This document shows, piece after piece, positions 41,175 to 49,763 of a stretch of 64,000 nt of DNA (position 1 is the first letter of the stretch; each line of letters begins with the position of its first letter). The notes under the pieces were generated by a model. That model had not been told where the DNA came from, did not search any database, and was given only the letters and a program-made list of their open reading frames with translations. The stretch covers positions 55,769 to 119,768 of the forward strand of contig JAGZUC010000003.1 in assembly GCA_018380195.1 (NCBI GenBank), read 5' to 3'. Source of the DNA: Collinsella sp. GTDB taxonomy: Bacteria > Actinomycetota > Coriobacteriia > Coriobacteriales > Coriobacteriaceae. The translations under genes were made by a program, and so were the position numbers.

Positions 41175-43397
41175 CTACACGATTTGATTCACGTGCGTCT
41201 CGTCGTCGAACTTGGCGGCGCCGGGCTCAACGTCCTGAGGAGCGGCGGCGTCCACCAGAGCCTGCTTAAGCTCGGTGTACTGACGCTCGACCTCGCCCTC
41301 AGCCCAGACCTGGTCGGCGATAGCGTCGACCTGGCAGGCGGAGAACTTGTCCTCGGGCGTATGCGAGACCGGGTCGACCTTGTGAATGGTCAGCTCGTTG
41401 CACTTGCCAATCCACCACTGGTAGGTCATATAGACCGTGCCCTTGTTGATACGGTCGCTCACGTCGGCGCGGCTGTATACCTGGCCGCGGCGGCTGTGAA
41501 TCGAGACGATGTCGCCGTTCTTGATGCCGCGCGCCTGGGCGTCCGCGGGATTCATGCGGACAAAGCCGGGCTCGTCGGCGAGCAGCGCCAGCGTCTTGCA
41601 GTTGCCGGTCATCGAGCGGCAGCTGTAGTGGCCGACCTCACGGACGGTGCACAGGATGAGCGGGTACTCATCGTCGGGAAGCTCGGAGGGCGCCTCCCAG
41701 TCGTGCGCCATCAGGTTGGCGCGGCCGTCCTTGGTGGTGAACTTGCCACCAGCGAACATGTCGGCCGTGCCGTGGTCGTTCACATCGGTGCTCTTGACGG
41801 GCCACTGGGCGTAACCGCCCTCGGGAGCCATCTTCTCGTAGGTTGCGCCCACAAAGTTGGGGCACAGGCTAATGCACTCGTTCCAGATCTGCTCGGTGTT
41901 GTCGTAGTGCATGGGGTAGCCCATGCGCGTAGACAGGTCCGCGAAGATCTCCCAGTCGTGGCGGCACTCGCCCTTGGGCGGAACAGCCGCGTCAAAGTGC
42001 TGGAAGCTACGGTCGGATGCGGTAAAGACACCCTCGTGCTCGCCCCAAGAAGTAGCGGGCAGGATGACGTCGGCGAGCATAGTCGTCTGCGTCATAAAGA
42101 TGTCCTGGCAAATGAACAGATCCAGCTCGGAGAGCGTCTTGCGCATGCCGGCCGAATCGGGCTCGGTCTGCACCGGGTCCTCGCCGTAGTTGTAGAAGCA
42201 ATGCACCTTGCCCTCGTCGACCAGGTGGCCCAGGTCGGTGAGCTTGTAGCCCTCCTCCAAGGGGAGCTTTTCCTCGGGCACGCCCCAAGCCTTGGCAAAC
42301 TTGGCGCGAGCGGCGGGGTCGGTGACTTTCTGGTAGCCAGGGTACAGGTTGGGCAGCATGCCCATATCGCAGGAGCCCTGGACGTTATTCTGACCGCGCA
42401 CGGGCGCGAGGCCGGAATTGGGTTTGCCGATCTGGCCGGCAACGCAGGCGATGGAGGCGATGGTGTGCACCGTCTTCAGGTTCTGCTTCTGCTGGCATAC
42501 GCCCATGCCCCAGCCAATGATGGCAGAGGGCTTCGCCGTGGCGTACATCTCGGCAGCTTGGTGGATCAGCGCGGGCTCGACACCCGTGATGTCCTGTACA
42601 GATTCGGGAGTGTAGTTCTTGATGGTCTCCCACCACTCGTCAAAGCCGTTCGTGTGCTCGGCGACGAATTCCTTGTCGTAGAGGCCATCGTTGACCAAGC
42701 AGTTGGCAAAGGCGTTGAGGAACGCAACGTTGCAACCGTTCTTGATCGGAAGGTAGAGATCGGCGATACGCGCGGTTTCGATATGGCGCGGATCGGCGAC
42801 GATGATCTTGCAACCCTTTTCTTTGGCTCGCACGATACGCCTTGCGACGATGGGGTGCGAATCGGCAGGGTTATAGCCGAAGAGGAAAATGCAGCCCGCA
42901 TCCTCCATACCGGGGATGGAGCATGACATGCAACCTGAACCAACCGTGTCCATCAGACCGAGGACAGTAGGGCCGTGTCAAGTACGGGCGCAGTTGTCCA
43001 CGCTGTGGGTGCCGATGCACGCACGCGTAAACTTCTGCATGACGTAGTTCGCCTCATTGCCGCCGCCTCGCGAGGAGCCGGTGGTCATGACAGCGTTAGG
43101 ACCATATTCGTCAATTATGGCCTGCATCTTAGATGCGGTGAAATCCAGTGCCTCGTCCCAGCTTACGCGCTCAAGATCCGCGCCCTTAGTGCGGCGGATC
43201 ATCGGGTGCAGTACGCGAGGAGTCAAGATCTTGGTGTCGTTGATGAAGTCGTAGCCGCTCATGCCCTTAAGGCACAGCTCGCCCTGATTGGTGATGCCGT
43301 TGAGCGGTTCGGTACCCACGACCTGGCCGTTTTGGACCAGGAGGTTAAACTGGCAACCGGCGCCACAATACGGGCAGATCACTTTATGCTTCTCCAT
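41175..43397 (-). CDS. fdhF: formate dehydrogenase H, selenocysteine-containing (in-frame TGA at 42978-42980)
   Basis: The track ORFs 41175-42953 and 42978-43505 lie in one frame, separated only by a TGA. Translation across it reads VDNCART-U-HGPTVLGL, which matches E. coli FdhF VDNCARV-U-HGPSVAGL. N-terminal CPYCGAGC [4Fe-4S] motif. Start at MEKHKVICPYC with AAGGAGG upstream. Confidence 0.88.
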
Positions 43398-43420
43398 GAC
43401 ACCCTCCTTCCTTTCTCTGC

Positions 43421-43436
43421 TACCGATTAATCGGTA
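43421..43436. promoter_or_regulatory. perfect 16 bp palindrome TACCGATTAATCGGTA upstream of fdhF, next to a TTGACA hexamer
   Basis: Seen directly in the 76 bp gap between the ferredoxin gene and fdhF. Confidence 0.4.
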
Positions 43437-43473
43437 CGTATTTGACAATCGTTGGGCCTGTATGGCCGCCCGC

Positions 43474-43992
43474 CTACGCCTCGTTTTCGATGGTGGCGCG
43501 GGCACGCTCGGCGGTTAGTTCCGCCAGGCGCTCCTCGTCTACCAGGGTGAGGCCCTTGGTCGGGCACGCCTCGGCACACGCCGGACCGCCGGGACGGTCC
43601 ACGCACAGGTCGCACTTGAGCACGAAGCTCTTAGTCTGCGAACCCACGCGCACGTCGCCCATCAAGACGGGGACCTGCGTGGTCGCCACGCTCACGGCGC
43701 CAAAGGGGCAGGCCATGACGCAGCTCTTGCAGCCGATGCAGTTGTCCTCGTTAACACCGATGCGATGGTTCTTTGGATCAAAGAACAAGGCACCCGTGGG
43801 GCAGGCCTTGGCGCACGGGGCATCCTCGCAGTGATGGCAAGCCACCGGTGCGGAGATCTCGTAGGTGCGCGTTACGCGCAAGCGAGGTGCGGCGATGTTG
43901 CCGGGAATATCGTGTGCCTCGATGCACGCCGCCATACAGGTTTGGCACCCAATGCAACGTGAGGAATCGGCTACGACTCGTTTATTGCCCAT
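43474..43992 (-). CDS. 4Fe-4S dicluster ferredoxin-type protein (HycB-like), first gene of the formate hydrogenlyase operon
   Basis: Multiple CxxCxxCxxxCP motifs. Start at MGNKRVV with AGGAGGGAG upstream. The track ORF extends 36 codons further with no support. Confidence 0.8.
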   Translation of the reverse strand: MGNKRVVADSSRCIGCQTCMAACIEAHDIPGNIAAPRLRVTRTYEISAPVACHHCEDAPCAKACPTGALFFDPKNHRIGVNEDNCIGCKSCVMACPFGAVSVATTQVPVLMGDVRVGSQTKSFVLKCDLCVDRPGGPACAEACPTKGLTLVDEERLAELTAERARATIENEA

Positions 43993-44170
43993 GTTGTTCA
44001 CTCCCTCCTGAATCCCATGCCGGAGAGACCCTGCCGACGTTGCCCCGGACCGCCCGTGGTCCGGCATCGGCGTATCGAGTGCATGCGGCGAAACAGGCAC
44101 TTCGATAGAATTCCTCCAACGATATACAGGTTAAATATACGCAGTTGCAGGTGGCAAACTTGAGCATACG

Positions 44171-44196
44171 CCCTGCAATACGGGTGTATTGCAGGG
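44171..44196. promoter_or_regulatory. perfect 11 bp inverted repeat CCCTGCAATAC-GGGT-GTATTGCAGGG
   Basis: Seen directly in the AT-richer divergent intergenic region between the formate hydrogenlyase operon (-) and the toxin-antitoxin operon (+). Confidence 0.45.
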
Positions 44197-44419
44197 GTTT
44201 TAGCAGGTTGGAACTATTCTCGGATAGCTATAAAGGTGAGTGTATTACATGCGTACGCCTCAGAGATTTTTACGCGCTCTCGTTTTGGATGCACTACGCC
44301 TGTATTCGTGTTTATGGTTATCAACTTGAGTGAAATAAAGTAATCGTTATAAGATGCTCAAGTATCGGCACATGCCGCATTTGACCGACTATATTGCACG
44401 CTCATTAAGGGGGCCAGTG

Positions 44420-44743
44420 ATGTCATCGACTCAAAAAAGAGCCATCCTGCAGGTGCGCATTCGCGAGGAAGACAAGCAGCATGCCGAGCATCTCTACGAT
44501 GCCATGGGCACATCGCTCGCCGAGGCTGTCCGCTTATTTGTCGCGCAAAGCATTTTGATGCGCAAGCTCCCCTTTCAGCCGGTCGCCGTGCGCTCAAAGA
44601 ACGGCACCGCCGCCTATGGATCGCTCAAAGCATATGGTGACCCCAATCGCCGCTCCGAAGAGCGCAATGCCTGGATTGAGTACCTTGCCACAGAAAGCGA
44701 CGATTCGATTTTGGGTCCCGAGGAAGTAGATATCCATGAGTAG
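44420..44743 (+). CDS. type II antitoxin, RelB/DinJ family
   Basis: N-terminal ribbon-helix-helix (RAILQVRIREEDKQHAEHLYDAMGTSLAEAVRLFVAQSI) resembling DinJ. AAGGGGG ribosome-binding site 6 nt upstream. 8 nt overlap with the downstream gene. Confidence 0.7.
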   Translation: MSSTQKRAILQVRIREEDKQHAEHLYDAMGTSLAEAVRLFVAQSILMRKLPFQPVAVRSKNGTAAYGSLKAYGDPNRRSEERNAWIEYLATESDDSILGPEEVDIHE

Positions 44744-45191
44744 CACCATCATCGACGAGACCGTCATCCTGCGCTACCTGCTTGACGACGACGAGGTTCT
44801 GTCACCGCGCGCCGCCAAGGTCATCGCCACGCGCACCGCTCGCGTCTACCCCGAAATCATCACGCGCGTCGTGGTCACACTGCGCGACGTCTATAAGGTT
44901 CCCCGCGTTGAGATTACTGCGGCCATGAAGAGGTTGCTCGATGACGTCATGGTCGACGAGCCCACCGTTGTCGCCCTTGCCGTCAAACTCTTTGGCAAGA
45001 CCCATATGGACTTTACCGACTGCCTCCTCGCAGCCCGAACCGCCATCTACAACGATGATGTCGTGAGCTTTGGCAAGCCCATCATCCAAGGCATGATCGA
45101 TTACCGCCACAAGCGCCAAACCGCAGCCGAAGCCCGCAGCCGAAGCACCGACTCCACCATCGACAAGCTCCGCCACCAATCCCGCCACTAA
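44736..45191 (+). CDS. putative PIN-domain toxin (VapC-like)
   Basis: Acidic residues spaced as in PIN domains (IIDETV, YPEI, DFTDCLLAA, NDDVV). Overlaps the antitoxin gene in the usual toxin-antitoxin arrangement. Assignment by pattern only. Confidence 0.5.
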   Translation: MSSTIIDETVILRYLLDDDEVLSPRAAKVIATRTARVYPEIITRVVVTLRDVYKVPRVEITAAMKRLLDDVMVDEPTVVALAVKLFGKTHMDFTDCLLAARTAIYNDDVVSFGKPIIQGMIDYRHKRQTAAEARSRSTDSTIDKLRHQSRH

Positions 45192-45234
45192 CCGACAGAC
45201 AACGGCATCGCCCGCCCCTCAGCCCCATCCCCTC

Positions 45235-45301
45235 CTAAGTTGCGGTGAAATACGGACTGTTTCATGCCTTTAAAGGCCTCAACAGTCCGTATTTCACCGC
45301 A
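45235..45301. repeat. palindromic element copy 3 (stem variant AATACGGACTGTT/AACAGTCCGTATT)
   Basis: Seen directly between the convergent toxin gene and the AbiEi-like gene. Confidence 0.9.
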
Positions 45302-45332
45302 ACTTATTGAAGGTTGGCTGCGAACGATTTCG

Positions 45333-46355
45333 CTATCGGGAGTCGGCGTAGGGTTTTGTTGTCGGAATGCCGTAACCGCGCATCATGGCACCGAACGATT
45401 CTACGTCGTAGGTGTCCGAAAGTTTGAAGTGAATGACGTTGTGGCCCATGGCACGAAGGTTCGCGTCGCGCATGAGGGCCGCTCGATAGGTTTTTGCCGC
45501 CGCTTGCTCTGGATCATCTTGAGCTTCGTCTTCAAACTTACCCAGCCCATGCAGCTCTGCCAGCGTCCATGAGCCGTCTGGCATCTGCCAGCCATAATCT
45601 GCTAGATAATAACCAGCGTTTCCCGGTCGCGTTATCTCAACTTGAAGCTCAGGCGCGGCAACCCCAGCGAGAATCATCGCTGCTCTCGCCTCGGACTCGC
45701 CACCATTGTCTGACCTGCCGTCCATATGCTCAAAAACGTCAAAAGCACGCGCGATGCCATGCAACCCTCGGCAATTTGCCTGCGCATATGCTCGCAGCTC
45801 TTCACGTTCGACATCGTACTCACGGGCCAAGCCATCGACATAGCCCAGCGCATAGCGAAAGGCGCTCGTTCGGGCGATATCAACAACCGTTCGATACGGA
45901 TCCGTCAGCGTAAACAGACCGAGCCGCCACACTTCGCCCGCCCGCCAGCGCTTATATTCAACGAACTCATACGTATCACGCCTTGTAGACCGTGGCAGCA
46001 GCACTTGCACTTTATCCAGAAGCGAATAAGCCGAGCCGATGCCATAGAGCAGCGCTGCCGTCGAACCGCAAAACACAGCATCCGGTTCAACGACCGCAAT
46101 AGCGGATGTCAGCTGAAAGATGCGATCTTCAACCCCAAGATTATTCCAATAGACCGGATCCGCATACACGTGGTTGTAAAGACGAAGCATGAGCTCTTCC
46201 TGCATAAGCTCGCGCGCACGGCGTTCTTCCCAAGGATCAATTGTTATAAGCAGCTGTCCATCTTGATGAATTCCAAGGGCCGAGAATAGCATCCTTGCAT
46301 ATGACTGCGGAAAATGTTTGCCTTTATCGAGCATGGCCAACCCCATAACCATCAC
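45333..46355 (-). CDS. AbiEi-like N-terminal domain / DUF559 (restriction-endonuclease-like) C-terminal domain protein
   Basis: N-terminal pattern S-AALLYG...LLPR..RR...G...T.P.RTVVDIAR and C-terminal Y.ADYGW...G...E.DG..H......D..R...L...G..V.R. Noticeably lower GC than the surrounding DNA. Confidence 0.55.
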   Translation of the reverse strand: MMVMGLAMLDKGKHFPQSYARMLFSALGIHQDGQLLITIDPWEERRARELMQEELMLRLYNHVYADPVYWNNLGVEDRIFQLTSAIAVVEPDAVFCGSTAALLYGIGSAYSLLDKVQVLLPRSTRRDTYEFVEYKRWRAGEVWRLGLFTLTDPYRTVVDIARTSAFRYALGYVDGLAREYDVEREELRAYAQANCRGLHGIARAFDVFEHMDGRSDNGGESEARAAMILAGVAAPELQVEITRPGNAGYYLADYGWQMPDGSWTLAELHGLGKFEDEAQDDPEQAAAKTYRAALMRDANLRAMGHNVIHFKLSDTYDVESFGAMMRGYGIPTTKPYADSR

Positions 46356-46519
46356 GGCGGAGAGAATACCATTACGCTATCGCATGCTTCCGTCCGCAGG
46401 CCTTGCCAAAAGCTGGCCAAAAGCTTGACGTCGCAGGTCAAGGCTTCAAAAAATATTTCCACTCTCGGTAGACGGTCGCTACGACCCTCCCAACGGCATC
46501 AAAATCCAACCTTACAAAT

Positions 46520-46586
46520 AGTTGCGGTGAAATACGGACTACATAGGCCATAAAAGCCGAAAAACAGTCCGTATTTCACCGCAACT
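46520..46586. repeat. palindromic element copy 4 (slightly imperfect left arm)
   Basis: Seen directly. Lies between the AbiEi-like gene start and the tRNA genes. Confidence 0.8.
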
Positions 46587-46610
46587 TAGGTGGGGCGTGG
46601 GGCGGCATCG

Positions 46611-46651
46611 ATTCCCGACACCCGTACACTTACGAAAACGGCTCTGATTCC
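46611..46651 (-). terminator. hairpin AACGGCTCTG-N15-CAGAGCCGTT followed by TTTCG, downstream of tRNA-Gly
   Basis: Seen directly. Confidence 0.5.
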
Positions 46652-46682
46652 TAAAAGGAACCAGAGCCGTTCATCTATCTTA

Positions 46683-46756
46683 TGGAGCGGGCGACGGGAA
46701 TCGAACCCGCGTCATCAGCTTGGAAGGCTGGGGTTCTGCCATTGAACTACGCCCGC
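46683..46756 (-). tRNA. tRNA-Gly (anticodon TCC)
   Basis: Cloverleaf read by hand: acceptor GCGGGCG, anticodon loop CTTCCAA, T-arm GGGTTCGATTCCC, CCA encoded. Confidence 0.85.
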
Positions 46757-46762
46757 AAGATA

Positions 46763-46839
46763 TGGTCGGGACGACAGGATTTGAACCTGCGACATCCTGC
46801 TCCCAAAGCAGGCGCGCTACCAAACTGCGCCACGTCCCG
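46763..46839 (-). tRNA. tRNA-Pro (anticodon TGG)
   Basis: Cloverleaf read by hand: acceptor CGGGACG, anticodon loop TTTGGGA, T-arm GGTTCAAATCC, CCA encoded. Confidence 0.85.
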
Positions 46840-46886
46840 AAGGTGTTGAGCAGCTAAGGTCTAAACCTTGCGTGTCCCAAAGCGAA

Positions 46887-46909
46887 GGAAATTATAGGGG
46901 AGACTCCCC
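46887..46909 (-). terminator. short hairpin GGGGAG-A-CTCCCC followed by TATAATTTCC, downstream of brnQ
   Basis: Seen directly. The stem is weak. Confidence 0.35.
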
Positions 46910-46930
46910 GCCTGTGCAAGCATTGATGCC

Positions 46931-48295
46931 TTAGCTCCTCGAATGTGCGACAAAACGACTATGGAGCAGACCGATCACAAATGCCACCACGGCAACCGGT
47001 GCCCACGCAGCACCGATATCTGCCAGCGGCAACGCATCGAACGGCAGCCACGCGCCCGCAAAGAACGCATCGCGGACCGAGGTGATCACGCTCTGCACGG
47101 CAACCACGCCGCCGACCCAGACCCACACCTGCGGATGAGCGTCGCAAAAGCCGTGTACCAAACCCATGAGGACCAGCACGATGGCGACGGGATACAAGGC
47201 GTTGAGCATGGGCACCGAGAACATAAGGATCACATCGAGGCCCACGTTGGAGAGCACGCACGAAAAAGCCGCGAACACAAAGGCGAGGATCGCGAAGGGG
47301 CGGCGCATGGCCTCCTCGGAAGCCTCCGCTCCCCCTTCGACCACATACGTCTCGCAGAAGTAGCGCGAGCAACAGCTGATGAGGCCGATGCACACGTTCA
47401 TGCAGGCGAGGAAGAAGATGGCGAAGACCACGACTGTGCCGGCAAGGCCAAAGTGCATGGAGGCAGAGCGGGCAAGGATGGCGGCGCCGTTGGTGGCGTC
47501 GGGCATCACGGTGCCGAGCTGCATTCCGGCAAGGCCCAAGCCGCAGTAGATGATGGCCATAAGCACGCCGGCGATTACACCGGAACGCGAAATCTCAAAG
47601 GCCACGCGCTTGTCATCGGTAACACCCAACTCGTGGATGGTCTCGGCGATGATGATGCCGAAGGCGAGCGACGCGAGCAGGTCCATGGTCTGATAGCCGG
47701 TCAAAAAGCCCTGCACGGCAGCGCCTGCATCGTAGGGAGCCTGAGGCGCGGCAGCCGGTCCCAGCGGCGAGATCACGGCAGCACCCACAACCAGCACGAT
47801 GAGCGCAATGAGCGCGGGGCCCGTAATGCGGCCGAGCACGCGCGTGATGACACCCGGGCGCAGCGTGAGAGCAAACGCGACGACAAAGAAGCCAACGGCA
47901 AACACTAGGCGAGCCGTGCCGAGCGAAACACCCTCGGGCAGCAGCGGCACCAGCATTTCGAACGCCGTAGAGCTTGTGCGAGGAATAGCCAGGCACGGAC
48001 CGATGGCCAGATAGACCGCCGCAACGAAGAATTCACCAAACTTGGGATGCACGCGGCCGGCCAGCTCGCGGGCCGTGCCGGCGAGCGCGACGGCGATAAA
48101 TCCCATGACGGGCAAACCGATAGCGGCAATCAGAAAGCCGAACATGGCGACCGGCGTGGCTGAACCTGCTTGCAGCGCCAGCAGCGGCGGAATGATAAGG
48201 TTGCCGGCGCCAAAGAGCATCGAGAACAGGGCGATGCCGACGGTAACGACATGGTCGGAGCGCAGACCACGCGAAGCGGATGAGGCCATAGACAC
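46931..48295 (-). CDS. brnQ: branched-chain amino acid transport system II carrier protein
   Basis: LIVCS-family polytopic membrane protein with N-terminal FGAGNLIIPP motif. Confidence 0.8.
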   Translation of the reverse strand: MSMASSASRGLRSDHVVTVGIALFSMLFGAGNLIIPPLLALQAGSATPVAMFGFLIAAIGLPVMGFIAVALAGTARELAGRVHPKFGEFFVAAVYLAIGPCLAIPRTSSTAFEMLVPLLPEGVSLGTARLVFAVGFFVVAFALTLRPGVITRVLGRITGPALIALIVLVVGAAVISPLGPAAAPQAPYDAGAAVQGFLTGYQTMDLLASLAFGIIIAETIHELGVTDDKRVAFEISRSGVIAGVLMAIIYCGLGLAGMQLGTVMPDATNGAAILARSASMHFGLAGTVVVFAIFFLACMNVCIGLISCCSRYFCETYVVEGGAEASEEAMRRPFAILAFVFAAFSCVLSNVGLDVILMFSVPMLNALYPVAIVLVLMGLVHGFCDAHPQVWVWVGGVVAVQSVITSVRDAFFAGAWLPFDALPLADIGAAWAPVAVVAFVIGLLHSRFVAHSRS

Positions 48296-48308
48296 ACCTT
48301 TCGGGTCG

Positions 48309-48341
48309 AAACAAAAACGGGACGGGCAAAAGACCCGTCCC
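48309..48341 (-). terminator. intrinsic terminator after the csd-DUF3343-yedF-selD operon
   Basis: GGGACGGG-N7-CCCGTCCC followed by GTTTTTGTTTCG on the minus strand. Confidence 0.7.
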
Positions 48342-48356
48342 GCAAGTATATACGCT

Positions 48357-49496
48357 CTAGCAGGCTAAATCGCGCAAAGCGTCAATCGCGGTGTCGACTT
48401 CCTCGTCCGTGTTGAAATACCCAAACGAGAAGCGAACGACACCCTGGCGCTCGGTCCCCAGCGCACGGTGCATGAGCGGGGCGCAATGGGCGCCGGGGCG
48501 CGTCGCAATCCCCCGCCCTTGCATGAGTGCATCCGAGATCTCTGCAGAGTCGATATCGCCCACGTTGAGCGACACAATCGCAGAGCGCGTCGGTTGGTCA
48601 AACGCACCGTAGAGCTTAATCCCCGGAATCTCGCACACGCCGGCAAGGAAGCGTTCAGCGAGCGCACGCTCGTGCGCCGTAATCGCCTCGACCCCGCCCT
48701 GGGCCTCGATAAAGTCGAGGCCGGCAGAAAGGCCGGCGATACCGTGGCCGTTGAGCGTGCCCGCCTCCAGGCGCGTGGGCCACTCAAGCGGCTGCAGCGC
48801 ATCGAAGCTGTGCACGCCTGTGCCGCCCATGGCCCACGGCGCCACGTCAATGCCCTCCGCCACGGCCAGCCCGCCGGTCCCCTGCGGACCCATGAGGCCC
48901 TTGTGGCCAGTAAAGCACACCACGTCGAGCCCCATGGCCTGCATATCGATATGCGCCGTGCCGGCAGACTGCGAGGCATCGACAATCACAAGCGCGCCGG
49001 CCGCATGGGCCATGGCGGCCACGCGCGCAATGTCGACCTCATTGCCGGTCACATTGGAGGCGTGCGTCACCACCACAGCACGCGTGGCCGGCGTGACCAA
49101 CCGCTCGAGCTCGTCATAGTCGAGCACGCCGTTCGCGTCGCAGCCCGTATGCTCAACGGTAACACCCTGCTCTGCCGCCAAGCGGTTGAGCGGACGTAGC
49201 ACCGAGTTGTGCTCAAGCACCGTCGTGACCACGCGGTCGCCGGGGCGCACCACGCCATTGATAACGGTGTTGAGCGCCGCGGTGGAGTTGGGCGTAAAAC
49301 ACACATGGTCCGCCCTCGGGCAACCCAAAAGGCGCGCGAGCTTGGCACGGCAAGCGTGAATCGTACGAGCGGCATCGAGGGGACCCGACGTGGCGCCGCG
49401 CCCGGCATTGCCGAGCGAGCACATCGCCTGCGTCACGGCATCGATGACCGTCTGCGGCTTGTGCATGGTCGTCGCCGCGTTATCCAGATAGATCAT
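48357..49496 (-). CDS. class V aminotransferase: cysteine desulfurase / selenocysteine lyase family
   Basis: PLP fold with HK motif (TGHKGLMGPQG) and a C-terminal active-site Cys region (GAHCA). Start at MIYLDNAATT. Overlaps the upstream stop. Confidence 0.8.
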   Translation of the reverse strand: MIYLDNAATTMHKPQTVIDAVTQAMCSLGNAGRGATSGPLDAARTIHACRAKLARLLGCPRADHVCFTPNSTAALNTVINGVVRPGDRVVTTVLEHNSVLRPLNRLAAEQGVTVEHTGCDANGVLDYDELERLVTPATRAVVVTHASNVTGNEVDIARVAAMAHAAGALVIVDASQSAGTAHIDMQAMGLDVVCFTGHKGLMGPQGTGGLAVAEGIDVAPWAMGGTGVHSFDALQPLEWPTRLEAGTLNGHGIAGLSAGLDFIEAQGGVEAITAHERALAERFLAGVCEIPGIKLYGAFDQPTRSAIVSLNVGDIDSAEISDALMQGRGIATRPGAHCAPLMHRALGTERQGVVRFSFGYFNTDEEVDTAIDALRDLAC

Positions 49497-49744
49497 CGCA
49501 CGACCTCCCACATATCAATCACGGTATAGCCCTCGGTGGGAACACCCGCCTCGGCGAGTTCGCCGCGCAGCAGTTCCTCATCGGCAGGCAACGCCTTCCA
49601 CGCCAGACCGCAGCCGGCAGCGACCTCCCCGGGCACGGGAATCGTTCGCCCGGGAAGGCCGCGCTCGATGCACAGGGACTCGCAGCCCATGGCGGCCGCC
49701 GTGGTGGGAAACGTGATGACAAGCGCCGGGCGCTTCTCCCTCAT
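49493..49744 (-). CDS. DUF3343-like small protein (putative Se/S carrier)
   Basis: Paralogous to the C-terminal half of the 21403-21798 product. Start at MREKRP with TTGGAGTTGCC upstream. Confidence 0.6.
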   Translation of the reverse strand: MREKRPALVITFPTTAAAMGCESLCIERGLPGRTIPVPGEVAAGCGLAWKALPADEELLRGELAEAGVPTEGYTVIDMWEVVR

Positions 49745-49763
49745 GGCAACTCCAACCAATACG

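Noticed and set aside
43993-44353. Sigma-54 (-24 TGGCAC / -12 TTGC) promoter upstream of the formate hydrogenlyase operon, as for E. coli hyc/hyf.
   Set aside because: TGGCA occurs at ~44153 but no correctly spaced TTGC partner exists on the strand that would drive the minus-strand operon.
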